Part shown: positions 10,711 through 22,830 of the stretch, piece after piece
How positions within the stretch are numbered: position 1 is the first letter of the stretch
Layout of the letters: every line of letters begins with the position of its first letter
NCBI GenBank assembly: GCA_964016885.1
Contig: OZ024743.1
Span: 72,044,001-72,108,000 of the forward strand
DNA: 64,000 nucleotides
Direction of reading: 5' to 3'
DNA from: Eledone cirrhosa
Lineage: Eukaryota
Translations under genes and position numbers: made by a program
Notes under the pieces: model-generated
Seen by the model: the letters and a program-made list of their open reading frames with translations, nothing else
Told to the model about the DNA's origin: nothing
Database searches by the model: none

Positions 10711-12548
10711 AAAGGTTACTGATATACCTGCAAGATATGTTTTTTTATGAGCAACGATATAGCTAAATAAAGATGGAGGCTGCTTGATTCTTAGCTCATA
10801 AAATTTCACATAAAACATAAATTCGAATATACAGAAGAAGCAGTAGCATTGATTATTTTTGATGTGTAACTCGAGGTCACTCATAATCCAACATATCTAT
10901 GGCATGTAGGAAGTCAAACTACTATGAGCGATCCACAAATCAATTGTTTCACGTATACTGTGTCTTCATCGACTATACACTTAAAAATACTGATATATAT
11001 TTGACATAATGTAACGTAGAAGGCCGGGTCTGTTGCAATTGTACACATTATCTCGTATGCTTTTCTATACATTTTGTGGAAATATTTACTCGCAGAAGCA
11101 TATTGATGTAAATATAAAATGTTTCTTTCAAATAATATTGTCTAGTAGAACATACAAAAGGAACATGTTAATTCAATACTCAACTTCTTCGCTTGTTGTA
11201 CCTGTCTTTATTTTTCTCCTCCTATACTCTCTTCGGCTCCCCCTTCGATTAAAATATTTCTTAAAGGAATAATACAATCTTACGAAATCGGGACATATTT
11301 TCCACGAAACTACAGGAGTTTTGTTCATTCTTTATGTATTAATGTAAATATCGAATGCCTATAATATCAGGGTATTTATTCGATTCATGCCTGTGTAAAT
11401 ATATTAAAAGAGATAAGTTTAATTATTGTACATACAGCACGGCCTGGAACTGCAAATTAATGATAAATTGTACATGGCAATTGTATTCTTATCAGCAGGT
11501 ATGTTTCACAACAATGAACGCTTATTTCACACTAGTTATTTATGCATAGAATATTATTTCAGTCAATTCATATTGTTTGCTTTTAAATTTGGAAAATAAA
11601 TGTTCAGAAATGAAACCGATTTTTCTGTCAGCTGCTTGCGATAAATTGCTAGGGCAATTTTGGAGTATAAAGAAATAAGTCTGTGATACTGGCGTCCATT
11701 GATGTTTTCTATTAAACAGATAAAAAACATAAACTTTGACGACAAACTATTGAAAAGATAACACTTCTCACTTCTGCAATATACAAATACGATGAATAGT
11801 TGTTTAGACATATTTCATTGTTGAGGCAAAATGATAATTGCAAATAAAAATGGGAATGGCTTCTATTAGATGATTTAGGTAAATTCTTAGATATACATCT
11901 AGTTCTATTGGAGAATCAACGAAAACGACAACACATTTTTCAGAAATAGATATTGATTGTTTCGTCATCTCAGTTCAGGTTACGGTTATCTATATTCAGG
12001 ACAGAAAAAATTACAAGAGACTTCAGATTGTTTCTCAGATTCATTATCAACAAAATTTTGTCATCGTTTAACATTTTATAAGCAATAAATCAACAATGCT
12101 CGTTTTCCCGGCACCTTAACTGATATTAACTACATGAACATTTTGGAACAGATAAAAATTAACAAAATTCAAAACTTCGATTTTTAAATTGATATATATT
12201 GAACTTGTTTATGGAATTTATATCTTTGGAACTTATACTAAGTAGATAAAAAGCAGGTTAATTCAACACACTGCCCCAGCAGTCTGACGTAAAGGAACAA
12301 TAAAAGAAAGAGCGATTATGTTTCTATAATACGGAGACAAGTTTAAACACCAAAGACTGAACGTAGCAACTGTCCATTTTCTTTCTAAGAGCCGTAGCAC
12401 AGAGAAAGCCTGTTTTCTTCAGAAATAAACGATTAATATTTGATGTAGGAATTGCCACATTTATTTCTCGAATGCTGGGTCACTACCCTCTGTGCAAATT
12501 TCCCATCTACAGGTGTATTCAATTTTCCCAACTATTACTTATAATGAT

Positions 12549-12724
12549 CTTCTTCTTCTTCTTCTTCTTCTTCTTCTTCTTCTTCTTCTTCTTCTTCTTC
12601 TTCTTCTTCTTCTCCTCCTTCTTCTTCTTCTTCTTCTTCTTCTTCTTCTTTTTCTTCTTCTTCTTCTTCTTCTTCTTCTTCTTCTCCTCTCCCTCCTCCT
12701 CCCCCCCCCCCCTTCTTCTTCTTC

Positions 12725-12755
<31 letters not shown>

Positions 12756-12960
12756 TCTTCTTCTTCTTCTTCTTCTTCTTCTTCTTCTTCTTCTTCTTCT
12801 TCTTCTTCTTCTTCTTCTTCTTCTTCTTCTTCTTCTTCTTCTTCTTCTTCTTCTTGAAGAGGTCGTAGTGGAAGAATCCTCAAACACCCTTTCCAACAAG
12901 TTCGACAATGATTCTTACATCAACTGTTTGCATCTTCTTAGTGTTAGAAGCCAACAAATC
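12549..12960 (-). mobile_element. RTE-clade LINE 3' end with an expanded (AAG)n tail (~300-bp (CTT)n/(CCT)n tract on +)
   Basis: The minus strand reads TTGGAAAGGGTGTTTGAGGATTCTTCCACTACGACCTCTTCAAGAAGAAG (WKGCLRILPLRP), similar to the RTE 3' end at 22720-22830. Confidence 0.65.
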
Positions 12961-12985
12961 TAAAAAGACAGACTTAGTGCCCAGG

Positions 12986-13057
12986 GAATCTTTAGTGTAG
13001 TGGTTATCACACTCACTCGGCTACGAGAGAGGTGGGGTTCAATTTCTTTCAGGAGCC
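12986..13057 (+). pseudogene. tRNA-like relic (tRNA-Val-like D-arm) or SINE head
   Basis: TAGTGTAGTGGTTATCAC resembles the eukaryotic tRNA-Val A-box/D-arm and GGTTCAATTTC is B-box-like. The acceptor and anticodon stems do not pair well. Confidence 0.5.
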
Positions 13058-14316
13058 TTTATCTACTTGTTTCCGTCTCCAGGGAATATGCCAGTTTCTT
13101 CGTTTATCTCTCTTTCATTTCATAGGGCCCCTTTACACGAAGGCTCTAGCTCCACGCACATTCTTAGTCTAAGTACTTCATCATGCGTGCATACCTACAC
13201 ACATGGACACATACATTCTTTCCTTTACCTTATAATCATAATGTCTTTCCATCTTCCATTTCATAAATATATTAAGCTATGTTTAATAATCATCCTTTTG
13301 GTCGTTTTCTCACTACTATCATTGATTCTTCTCGCCTATTGTGCAGTATGTATAACCTACTACTTACAACACTATCAGTGATCGTTTCATCTCTCTCCGA
13401 CGAAAGTTCTTGACTGAATCTTTAAAACGCTTTCCTCACCACAGTATAATGTTTCTTTGTACCTATATCATACATACTGTTTGCCAATGAACAACCACTT
13501 GTTATAAAATTAGCGATATGAATAGATAATCGTTAATTCTCTAAATGTACGTGATACTAACATCATCTTAATTGCATGACCTTTCAAACCTCTTTGTGCA
13601 AAATAATTCATATATTGAAACCAGTTAATGTAAGACAACGAGAAATGACCGCAGTCAATTTTCTTAAGATAATATGACTGACAACAAATTCGAGTCTAGC
13701 TTTTACTTGAATTCAAAAGAAGACATGATAAGATGCGTTTGATTTTGTGTAAATAGAAAGAGCTTAATGTAGCTCTCGTCATACTTATTCAAAAGGAATG
13801 AATCAATGTGATTAAATCAAAAGCTGTACGGTTTGAATAAAATTATATAGAAGCTTTTCAAACAATATGTGAATACAAATGTGAGTATTGACGTATTTCA
13901 TATTAAAATGGCATCCGAAGATTCAGCCGTAGTAGATGAAATATGTTGAATATTGAAAGTAAGGTTCCAATGAAGTGGATTTCAATGAGTATTGATTGAT
14001 TGATTGATGAAAATTAAGATATTAAAATAAAGTTTTTAAAATGATAATTCAATGGAGAAATCTGAAGCTATTTCCAAAAATTGAAAGCCGGTGAAAAGAA
14101 ACTTGAATTCAATTTCCTCTCAACAGTAAAGAATCATTTCAAAAGAGAAAAGTGCTTGTCTAATGCAACTGAGAATTGCTATAGTCAACTTACTGTCTGT
14201 TATCAATGACATTATGAGATTCTAATTTCTTTCAATAGATTCAATCGCATTTAAAGAACTTTGCATTGTTGCATAATAAATAAACAGTATTCTTTAATAT
14301 GATCATTGCAGTATAC

Positions 14317-14450
14317 GGCGGCGAATGACAGTATCATTAGAACATATGAACATATTTTGTTGTATTAAGTTACGGCCTATTACATTCTGATTTCAAATTG
14401 CACTGAAGTTATCTTTACTTTTCATCTCCTCAGGTTCGATTAAATAATTG
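14317..14450 (+). mobile_element. Highly degenerate SINE copy (a similar relic lies at ~15300-15420)
   Basis: GGCGGCGAATGACAG...TTCTGATTTCAAATTGCACTGAAGTTATCTTTACTTTTCATCTC...TCGATTAAATAA parallels the family consensus. Confidence 0.55.
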
Positions 14451-15444
14451 ATTTTATCTCCTACCTCAAATAGTGCCCATGGGGCAATATCTTACACCAA
14501 CGTGTCGTCTGATACGTTCTCCCTTACCACTCTTTTTCTTCCATTGCCTAAGGTCCTTGCTCATGTCCTACGCTCTTTGCACCTTCTCTGATTTTCCTCT
14601 CGCTTATGTCATTTATAGTTCTTTCCTTTACTTATCTATAGATCCAGATCTGCCCTTCTTTACCCCTTCCCTCTTGTTTTCATTATTTGATTTGATTTTT
14701 ATCCTTTTTTAAATATTTCCTCGTCGTATAACCATTGTTTAAGTTATTGGTTATATATATATATATATATAACATGAACAAATCTATATTTTCGTTGACA
14801 AATGTGTCTAGCAAATTTATTCAACATTAGTGTAAGATGCCATAACACCCGGAATAAAAATTAATAACCTAATATTCGGTAGTATAATATGTTATGAATC
14901 TGAAAGATTTGTGTCTCAATATAACGATAAATTCGTTAAAATATACAGAAAAAGAAAGTAGTATTGGAAACGACTATATATGCCATAAATGAGAGGAAAT
15001 TGCGGACAAGAGTAAGGACTATTAGACAAGGGAAGAATGAAAGGGTGAAGGGGAGAAAGTGACAGATTCTACGCCTTAGTCAGAACGGTGTTTCCGCTGC
15101 ACCCCGCAGACAAAATGGCAAAGGCATTTCCGCTGACAAAGGTACTTCACAAATGTATTGATATTTCACCTAATCAAAGGTATTAATAAAAAATTCATAG
15201 TATGTAGGTAACTATATTGTATAGAAGAATTCAAATTTATTGTCCTTTTTCACATTAGTATATACAAGCATGTAATTTATTGTATATAGGCAACACACTT
15301 TTGTTAGAACATTGGATAGAATGTTTTGTGGTATTCATTTCTGTTTTCTGCTCTCTGAATTATTTCCCGCTGAGGTCAACAGTGTTAGTTATCTATTCTA
15401 GGTTGATAAAAATGTAGCACCTAGTAATGGATTTAAACCCTTTT

Positions 15445-15945
15445 GGCCTCCACTTGTCGCCACAGTGCCGGCCACCTTCCACGCCATGCTGCCCTCAACA
15501 AGGTCATAAAGCATGGCTTAGATGCTGCAGCTCGAGCCGGTGGGGCTGGACCGAGGGGATAGCATGACCATATTCCCATTCCGCGGTGGCAAACCCCTCG
15601 TCTTGGATGCCACTTGCACCGACACCTTCTGCAGCCGGAACCAGGTGCCGTCTGCGACTAACCCAGGTTCTGCTGCACGTCGGGCTGAGGAGGGCAAACT
15701 CTTCAAATACCGGTCGCTCTCCGACAGGTTTGTGGTTGTACCCTTGGCAGAGGAGACTTCTGGTGCCCTCAGCCCTAGGGCTACCTCCGTACTCACCACC
15801 ATAGGCACTGAGCTGACCAGCCGCAGGTGTGAGCCTCGCGAGATGAATTGCTTTTCCAGCGCGTCTCCCTTGCCGTCCTCCGGGGAAACGCCTTCTCTAT
15901 TCTGTCCGCGGGGCTGTGGGGAGGCCACCAATATGAATGACTGAC
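15445..15945 (+). pseudogene. Frameshifted C-terminal restriction-like endonuclease region of a CRE-clade non-LTR retrotransposon
   Basis: GC-rich island. Across frameshifts it reads CRHSAGHLPRHAALNKVIKHGL / LEPVGLDRGD..MTIFPFRGGKPLVLDATCTDTF..AARRAEEGKLFKYRSL..VPLAEETSG / FQRVSLAVLRGNAFSIL. RHxxLN, DAT, KxxKY and FQRxSxAxxRGNA are CRE-type RLE motifs; the catalytic RPDG segment is missing. Confidence 0.82.
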
Positions 15946-16449
15946 TTGTCATTTTATCAGTCAGATGATCAGTGCTTTTCCATATATCGTAGCATAACAT
16001 TTTTTATTCTTCTTCTATATCTCGTTTTCACTTCCATTCTCTCACTATTTCAATGCTTCTCTGCAAGAAATCTGCTATATTCAGACCTGGAGAGGAATGG
16101 CTATACTAATTATAAAAATGCACAGCAAAGTTACGGTTCCATACATCCCACCAGTCATCAATTAATTGTATACACACAAATGAATTAGTCCGCTACATGT
16201 CAAAAACAGGGGCACGGGGGCGGGGGGGGGGGATTTTTGCTAGGAAGGATTCATCAAAATATTTCTGAGTTTGTTGGACAAGAGTTCTTAGAAATGGAAA
16301 ATAGAATACGTTCGGATGAATGGAATATGGTTCAGTACACGTGTAATATTATTCTCTAGTAGAATTAGAGTCGCTATCTATCTATATATTTATATATATA
16401 GGAAAATATTCAAGACCCAGACGGCAGAGCTCAAGTCGTTTCGACGGCC

Positions 16450-16536
<87 letters not shown>

Positions 16537-16538
<2 letters not shown>

Positions 16539-19405
16539 AACAAGTAAGACCCCGACGGCAGAGCTCGAGCCGTTTCGACGGCTAATTCTGTACTGAATAA
16601 AAATTTATTCTGGTATTTAAATAGTCGAGCTTATCAAGGGGTAATTCCATATATGGTCAGAGAGATAATCACCAGGATTGGTCACATCACAAGTTAGTAG
16701 TAAATCTGTGAAGGCAAATTGGCGGGGGAAGGGGTAGCTAAACCTACTAGTAGGAGAAAAAGGGAGAGGGGTGGAGTAGACCTATTCATGCGTTGGTAGT
16801 GCCAGCTACAGCTGGGCGTGAGGTCAAAGAGGATACTGGGGAGGGGGAGGGGGAGGAAGTCGAAACGGTAAGTAGAACAATGACGGGTCAACAAAGGGGG
16901 GTGGGGCAAAGTACTTAAGAGACTACCACGAAATAATAAAGGTTTCTACCCCAATCACCGGGCCAGCGACCACCCAGTGCAAGAAAGTAAACTTGTACGA
17001 GAATATAATTCAGGGTCCCGCAAAAAAATACTAGTGCTAACTCTAAGGATACCGCCACGAAACAAAAAGTCTTATACAAGCTACATGAAAGATCGTACGA
17101 AGTAAAAGTAAAGAACGGAAAATTAATACAGGACCCCCCCCCCCCCCCCCAAAAAAAAAAAGGGAACAGAAGAAAGAAATACTGGATGAACGAGAAATTA
17201 AAGCAAAGATGCCACTAAAAAATATAGAAGGCGCGGAAAAAAGGGACAGCGGTCGGAGAAGGGGGCGAGTATCCGAAGTCTAACACCTCTGCTATAAAAA
17301 GCGGAGTCAGCCAAATCTATCAATGAATAGGGGAGGGGGGTGCGGGTGCTGAAGCTACAAGGGACCGAGGGGCTACCTCGGGTGGGCGAGAAAAAGACGA
17401 CGACAAAGAAAAGGAACTGGGGGTGGAAGGACTAGGGAGGGGTGGGGGAAGGAGGAAATATAGAAGCGATAAAAGAATGTAAAAGAAGATCTTACGTCTC
17501 CATTGGCAAGCAGGGGTTACCCATTACAAAATAGGCAAGTGGGGTGTTATAGCCCTAGTCTACCCCCCCCCCCCCCCCCGGGTCATTATGGGGTTTGAGG
17601 GCGAGGTAATTCCTACGTAATCGGTGTTTACATGCAGTAACCAGTTCATCTTTCTTGTTTAGGAGTTGGTCCGTCGAAAACAACATTTGTAAAGTTTCCT
17701 CCGAGCAGGAGGTGCAACTGGAGAGCCGACCAGGAGGTGCAACTGTCCTGATAGATCCAGTTTCCCCCTCGACAACAGATGCAGAGACCGTAATGTGATC
17801 TGCCAGTGCAACGTGAGCAAGGACACCTCCAACAAAGCTTATATAGGATTAACCGCATGCGACTTCAAGACCCGGCTATACCAACACAGACATAGCTTCC
17901 GAAACCCGGCCCGGCGTCACGCCACTACACTTTCGGGCCACATATGGGACCTCAAGGACAACAACATCAACTATGATCTCACTTGGAAATTACTGTCCAG
18001 AGCCAAGTCTTACACGGGAGGACGCCGTCCGTGCAATTTATGCTCGGAGGAAACTTTACAAATGTTGTTTTCGACAGACCAACTCCTAAACAAGAAAGAT
18101 GAACTGGTTACTGCATGTAAACACCGATTACGTAGGAATTACCTCGCCCTCAAACCCCATAATGACCCGGGGGGGGTAGACTAGGGCTATAACACCCCAC
18201 TTGCCTATTTTGTAATGGGTAACCCCTGCTTGCCAATGGAGACGTAAGATCTTCTTTTACATTCTTTTATCGCTTCTTCTATATTTCCTCCTTCCCCCAT
18301 CCCTCCCTAGTCCTTCCACCCCCAGTTCCTTTTCTTTGTCGTCGTCTTTTTCTCGCCCACCCGAGGTAGCCCCTCGGTCCCTTGTAGCTTCAGCACCCCC
18401 ACCCCCCTCCCCTATTCATTGATAGATTTGGCTGACTCCGCTTTTTATAGCAGAGGTGTTAGACTTCGGATACTCGCCCCCTTCTCCGACCGCTGTCCCT
18501 TTTTTCCGTGCCTTCTATATTTTTTAGTGACATCTTTGCTTTAATTTCTCGTTTATCCAGTATTTCTTTCTTCTTTTCCCTTTCTTTTTTTTTGGGGGGG
18601 GGAGGGGGTGTTTCTGTATTAATTTTCCGTTCTTTACTTTTACTTCGTACGATCTTTCATGTAGCTTGTATAAGACTTTTTGTTTCGTGGCGGTACCCTT
18701 AGAGTTAGCAATAGTATTTTTTTGCGGGACCCTGAATTATATTCTCGTACAAGTTTATTTTCTTGCACTGGGTGGTCGCTGGCCCGGTGATTGGGGTAGA
18801 AACCTTTATTATTTCGTGGTAGTCTCTTAAGTAATTTGCCCCCCCCCCCCCTTTGTTGACCCGTCACGTACGATACACGCACTTATACCTCGTATAAGGG
18901 TCCCTTTATTTCCGTCCCACCTAGTTTATTTTTATTATTGTTATTTATTTTTATTTTTTTATTCTTCATTATATATATATATATTTTTTTTAACGTTTCG
19001 ACTTCCTCCCCCTCCCCCTCCCCAGTATCCTCTTTGACCTCACGCCCAGCTGTAGCCGGCACTACCAACGCATGAATGGGTCTACTCCACCCCCCTCCCC
19101 TGTTTCTCCTACAGGCAGGTTTAGCTACCCCTTCCCCCACCAATTTGCCTTCACAGATTTACTACTAACTTGTGATGTGACCAATCCTGGTGATTATCTG
19201 TTTGACCATATATGGAATTGCCCATTGATAAGCTCGGCTATTTAAATACGAGAATAAATTTGTATTCAGTACAGAATTAGCCGTCGAAACGGCTTGAGCT
19301 CTGCCGTCGGGGTCTTACTTGTTCCTATTACCCACTCTACTACCCTTAGTATTGAGTACTTTGGTGCGTTATGGTCCACCTGGATCCTTACCACTTTTCC
19401 TTCGT
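16537..19405 (+). mobile_element. 5'-truncated Penelope-like retroelement with inverted 5' arm, inserted in (TA)n
   Basis: 16537-17707 is the reverse complement of ~18040-19325. GIY-YIG coding remnant at 17723-18184, ~80-bp unpaired 3' tail at 19326-19405, (TA)n on both sides. Confidence 0.92.
17723..18184 (+). pseudogene. GIY-YIG endonuclease C-terminal domain of the Penelope-like ORF (no RT, no start codon)
   Basis: EPTRRCNCPDRSSFPLDNRCRDRNVICQCNV..KAYIGLTACDFKTRLYQHRHSF..TTLSGHIWDLK..W..CNLCSEE..LLNKKDELVTACKH. YIG, R..H..SF, CxLC and LLNK..E..CxH are motifs of C-terminal-EN PLEs; the expected VIY reads VIC. Confidence 0.9.
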
Positions 19406-19866
19406 TATATATATATATATATGATAATTCTCTGAGATACTTCTAACGCCATAACTAAAAGTGGATCATCTTTATGGAAGATGGCGTTAACAGTATCTCA
19501 GAGAATTAATCGATGTGGATAATTAGTTAATATGCTAGCTTGTCACAGGATGAAGTTTAAAATAGTTCGGCAGCTAAAGGTAATGTGAAGGTGTGTTGCC
19601 AGGTAATTAGGGTATTGTTCCTTACCTATAATGTGACGTTGAATCTACCTGAGGACTATGTTGATAGTACACTGGCCTGTAAAATGTAGTCAACTAAGAG
19701 TTCCGTATTGATGTTTTGTTTGTTTTATAAATCTGACACTGAAGCATTTTATGGGGACGAAATATCCTAATAAAAGAAGGATAATAGAGAAAATAATGTC
19801 GTTTTAAAAACTTTTTCCTACGAATAACCACACGCACACCCACAACTATATATATGTATATATATA

Positions 19867-20011
19867 GGAACGAGTAGGACACCGATGGCTGAGCTCAAGC
19901 CGTTTCGACGGTTAATTCTGGACTAGTCCAGAATTAGCCACTCTACTACCCTAAGTATTGAGTACTTTGGTGCCTTATGGTCCACCTGGTTCCTTACCAC
20001 ATTTCCTTCGT
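19867..20011 (+). mobile_element. ~145-bp miniature derivative of the adjacent Penelope-like element (also 25128-25272, 29783-29927)
   Basis: GGAACGAGTAGGACACCGATGGCTGAGCTCAAGCCGTTTCGACGG resembles 16537-16581. Then come the palindrome AATTCTGGACTAGTCCAGAATT and the tail CCACTCTACTACCC...TTTCCTTCGT resembling 19332-19405. Flanked by (TA)n. Confidence 0.88.
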
Positions 20012-20460
20012 TATATATATATATATATAAATGAATGAATGAAGGAGTTACCACGCTTCGGCTATTGGCAGTTAGTAATCTGTATCGCACCACTCTGTAC
20101 CTCTCTGCTTCCTCCTCTCCTACGATACTGATGCCCTATTATATATATTATAGGGCATAAGTATATATATATGCATATGTATATGTGTATATTTATATAT
20201 ATGTGTGTGTGTGTATGTGTGTTTGTAGATGTATGTGCATGTAAAACAACACATATACTTGTGTATTACGGGTATATTAATGCATTATGCAAACAGACAC
20301 ACTCACAAACACACATATTATGTGTTTAAATATCTTTCCATATATGTACAAATATAGATGTATATATACATTAAATTAAACAGATATTTATATAACCTTA
20401 GTCGTTTACATTTAAACATATACATACACACCACACAGACACACACACATATATATATAC

Positions 20461-20528
<68 letters not shown>

Positions 20529-20532
<4 letters not shown>

Positions 20533-21840
20533 AATTTATGTCTAGTAACATTTATATACATACAGATGCATATCAATGCTAGCAAATATATAGGTTTTGT
20601 CTTATTAACAATGTGGTTCAATGCATGGGGTTGCAGAACAATGATATGAGAGACGTAAAATAAGAAAATTATAAAGTTAACTTACTTACTAAAAAATCAC
20701 TTCCAACTAATTAGTTTCTGGAATGGAGTAAATATATTTTCCGAAGAATCATATGGAAAATCATTCCGTCATCAGGAAAGTCTTTTTCCGTATAGGTCTC
20801 CAGGCATAGCGAGGACACTGGAAACTTATTAAAAAAAATAATTCAGTGGAATGGAAATAGCGAAGCGTGGACTGGAATCCAAGCCATTGAGAAAATCACT
20901 GCCTCTTCGTCTGTGGCAAATTCAAAAAGAATCAATCACGTGACATCGAGGTCAATCAGTGGAAAGCGAGTGGTTATTGAGACAGCGGCCAGCCTACTAC
21001 CATAGTAGCAGTCATGGCCAAATATTGCTCGACAAATGAATTGGAGATAATTATAAGGAATTTATATCTAGTAACATTTATATACATACAGATGCATATC
21101 AATGCTAGCAAATATATAGGTTTTGTCTTATTAACAATGTGGTTCAATGCATGGGGTTGCAGAACAATAATATGAGAGACGTAAAATAAGAAAATTATAA
21201 AATTAACTTACTTACTAAAAAATCACTTCCAACTAATTAGTTTCTGGAATGGAGTAAATATATTTTCCGAAGAATCATATAGAAAATAATCCGTCATCAG
21301 GAAAGTCTTTTTCCGTATAGGTCTCCAAGCATAGCGAGGACACTGGAAACTAATTAAAAAAAATAATTCAGTGGAATGGAAATAGCGAAGCGTGGACTGG
21401 AATCCAAGCCATTGAGAAAATCCCTGCCTTTTCGTCTGTGGCAAATTCAAAAAGAATCAATCACGTGACATCGAGGTCAATCAGTGGAAAGCGAGTTTTT
21501 ATTAAGACAGCGGCCAGCTTACTAGCATAGTAGCAGTCATGGCCAAATATTGCTCGACAAATGAATTGGAGATAATTATAAGAAATGTATATCTAGTAAC
21601 ATTTATATTCCAGTCCACGCTTCGCTATTTCCATTCCACTGAATTATTTTTTTTAATAAGTTTCCAGTGTCCTCGCTATGCCTGGAGACCTATACGGAAA
21701 AAGACTTTCCTGATGACGGAATGATTTTCCATATGATTCTTCGGAAAATATATTTACTCCATTCCAGAATCTAATTAGTTGGAAGTGATTTTTTAGTAAG
21801 TAAGTTAATTTTATAATTTTCTTATTTTACGTCTCTCATA
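20529..21840 (-). mobile_element. Non-coding element: two 525/526-bp tandem units plus a 234-bp inverted arm, in (TA)n (second copy 25768-27078)
   Basis: Units start at 20529, 21055 and 21580 (partial). 21607-21840 is the reverse complement of ~20646-20878. Absent from segment copy 3, which has uninterrupted (TA)n at ~30410-30472. Confidence 0.85.
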
Positions 21841-22418
21841 TATATATATATATATAACAACTTTGAGTTTACATAACTGTATATGCTTGCCTTGCCAGAT
21901 ACAAAATATATATCAAGTAAGCGAAAGGACTATAACATGCAAATTATGATGCATTATTGTAAGAAAAAAAAAAAAAAAAAAATTATTGTAAGAAATATAT
22001 GTATAAATCCTGACGAGCGCGTGTGCAGAATTTTAACAGAACCATTAAATATGCCAATATCATATCAATTGATAAGACACATTTTCCTGTATTCTTTAAA
22101 CTACTATTGTGTATACTAGATAATTAGATAGACTTGTGATATTCCTGTCAGCATACATTTAATATTGTTGGCTGTCACTGTTTTATGATGGGATGGACAC
22201 TTCTTTGGAAATGCTGAATACAGATTTGTTTCAGTAATCTCTATATATATATCGGACAGTCATATTTCTACAAAGTGTTTGTGGTTAGACATGAATTATA
22301 TTATTAGAAGGAATATAAATCATGAGAATAAAAGAAAAACATTTCTGAAATAGGTCACATATACTGAAACAATTTTCTATATATGGCTAAATAAAGAAAA
22401 TATTTCTTCAAAACAATA

Positions 22419-22760
22419 ATGCGATCGCAAATACAAGCAGCCGAAATTGGGTACCTCCGGTCGAGTAACCTTCCTCGATGGATTGCGTAGATCGGAGATG
22501 AGAGAGTCACTACAGGTAGAGCCGATACTTCTCCGAATATGGACATGTGGTTAGAACGTCTCGGGAAAGAATTGCTGGACAGATTGTACGGGCTAAACCA
22601 ACCGGCAGAAGACCAGGGTTAGACCCCGTGCAAGATGGTTGGATAATATTCACGAGTTTGGCTGGCCTCGCTTGAGGTTCTAGCCGGATCAGTTGGAGAT
22701 GGTTGCTTCTGGCAGGAGCCCTTGGAAGGAATTTGGAGGACTCTCTCCCCATGACCCTCT

Positions 22761-22791
<31 letters not shown>

Positions 22792-22830
22792 AAGAAGAAG
22801 AAGAAGAAGAAGAAGAAGAAGAAGAAGAAG
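22419..22830 (+). mobile_element. RTE-clade (Expander/Rex3-like) LINE 3' fragment with (AAG)n tail
   Basis: Across frameshifts: RSQIQAAEIGYLR / VTFLDGLRRSEMRESLQVEPILLRI / YGHVVRTSRERIAGQIVRAKPTGRRP / RPRARWLDNI..LEMVASGRSPWK, then TAAGAAGAAG. Confidence 0.88.

Noticed and set aside
12472-12963. Poly-F/L/S/R/K ORFs
   Set aside because: Translations of the (CTT)n tract; the same applies to 22703-22924 and 27937-28277.
12986-13057. Functional tRNA gene
   Set aside because: Only the D-arm/A-box and B-box resemble a tRNA; the cloverleaf stems do not pair.
15518-16000. 160-aa minus-strand ORF
   Set aside because: Antisense shadow of the GC-rich CRE endonuclease relic on the + strand.
17795-18184. 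Stand-alone or domesticated GIY-YIG nuclease gene
   Set aside because: No ATG start, truncated at an inversion junction, the first motif tyrosine is replaced, and it lies within a retroelement structure.
22010-22035. CTGACGA-GCGCGTGTGC-AGAAT as a hammerhead (also in segment copies 2 and 3)
   Set aside because: GAAA is absent and there is no stem I; at best a decayed relic.
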